Assembly (NCBI GenBank): GCA_951406725.2
Contig: OX597829.1
Location: 1,302,001 to 1,366,000, forward strand
DNA: 64,000 nucleotides
DNA from: Octopus vulgaris
Lineage: Eukaryota
Direction: 5' to 3'
How positions within the stretch are numbered: the first letter of the stretch is position 1; each line of letters begins with the position of its first letter. A program made the position numbers and the translations under genes. Under the pieces are notes generated by a model. That model ran no database searches, had not been told where the DNA came from, and saw nothing but the letters and a program-made list of their open reading frames with translations. This document shows positions 62,815 through 64,000 of the stretch, in pieces.

Positions 62815-63175
62815 ATAATCATCATCATTGTTCGCCCGTGGAATTTACCATGCTACGCCAGACTTCACGGTCCATCATAACATTACGGAGGTCCTGTTGC
62901 TGGATGCCTGTATCCCTGGAGATTACATCAGGGTAGGAGAGTGTGCGCCCTCTGGTATGCGAGTAGATGGCTTTCAGAGGAGAAGAGTAGAAATTACCTC
63001 GTTTTCAGCTCTACAACAATGTCCAGCAAACTGGACTCTTCCACGAGAGATTTTGAGCTCTCATAAGGAGGCGAGTATAAGTTCCATCCAACCGCCTCTC
63101 AAGCTTCTTTAATAACGTCCAGGTTTCTGAGCCGTATAGTAGAATTGGTTCGATTGTGGCTTTGAAGATGACATA
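62815..63175 (-). mobile_element. RTE-group LINE 3' fragment
   Basis: IFKATIEPILLYGSETWTL...LDGTYTRLLMRAQNLSWK and a (GAT)n tail. Confidence 0.8.
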
Positions 63176-63489
63176 AATCCAGCCAGTAAAAGGAGTAGAG
63201 GCCATTACAGTAAAGATAGAAAAATTAGAGACTACACGCCTGAGGGTAAGAGGTTTGCGTGCGCGCGTGTGTGAGTAGCTTTACGTTAATCATTCGGATG
63301 GCCCATTTTTGCATACGGTCTAGGATGTCGTGTGCTGCAGTAGTACCGTACCGGATATGAGAGCAATACTCCATTATGAATCACATATGAGCCTTGTAGA
63401 ATATCAATAACCTTTGGGAGAAAATATGTATTCTGGTCCAGAAGATAAGACCCATCAAAATTGCATTCATTTGTCAATCGTTTGTTAGA

Positions 63490-63850
63490 GTTAGTGTCTG
63501 GTCAAATGATCTTCATTGAGTCAGATCATTTTGCGACAAATATTGCGACAAATATTATCTGGTGACTAAACTAATTGAACATCAATACTTCTAAGAACAG
63601 TCGTCCGTTGAAGTCTCACGTTGTAACGATTCGTAGGCAATCGCTTTAGAACTTCATAAACCTAATCTGACAGGGAGTAATAAAGTTACTGTTTTCAAAA
63701 TCTAGTCTTTCTTCTCGAATGAATTCATCACACAGAGATGAAAGTCAAGAAGATGCTATAAGAAGTATGGTTAACAGAAAAACCGTTGGACTTCAGCTGT
63801 AAAATTTGCTAAATGTGGCGAAAGCGTGATCTTGATCAGCGAAAAGGTTA
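63490..63850 (+). pseudogene. Possible highly decayed mariner/Tc1 transposase C-terminus
   Basis: WLTEKPLDF...WRK loosely resembles the mariner C-terminus; weak. Confidence 0.25.
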
Positions 63851-64000
63851 TAAGAAATGAACAAAATTGTTTCTGCCTCAGATCAAACGTACAGCTAAAG
63901 GGAAAGCGATCATATTTCTTGATGTCTGGTTTGTAGAATGGCTGGAAATAAAACCGCAACACCAAAAGGAAATTAAACAAAAAATAAAGCAAAAAATATA

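Noticed and set aside
63771-63992. 73-aa minus-strand ORF at the window end
   Set aside because: Non-ATG start and no recognisable domain.

Overview
AT-rich, microsatellite-dense eukaryotic non-coding DNA. The repeat content looks like an octopus or other cephalopod genome; this is an inference from pattern recognition, not a database hit. I found no credible host gene exon, and almost all listed ORFs are microsatellite artefacts. Ordinary content: three tRNA-derived SINE families, decayed LINEs (CR1-like, R4/Dong-like, RTE-like, HERO-like), non-autonomous Helitrons, a MITE, a Penelope-type GIY-YIG remnant, a 2.2-kb polypurine minisatellite and kb-long (TAA)n tracts. The main signal is a dense set of type I hammerhead ribozyme (HHR) motifs: more than 15 intact, variant or decayed copies in several unrelated sequence families. 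Most have a short palindromic stem III and sit in short ORF-less elements next to (TA)n tracts, often with an inverted partial copy on their 5' side. The best example is 34114-34976: two apparently identical HHR-bearing repeats at a 360-bp period plus a 213-bp inverted copy, which looks like a young non-autonomous retrozyme or Penelope pLTR-derived element able to release a 360-nt monomer. All structures were paired by eye; none is shown to be active.
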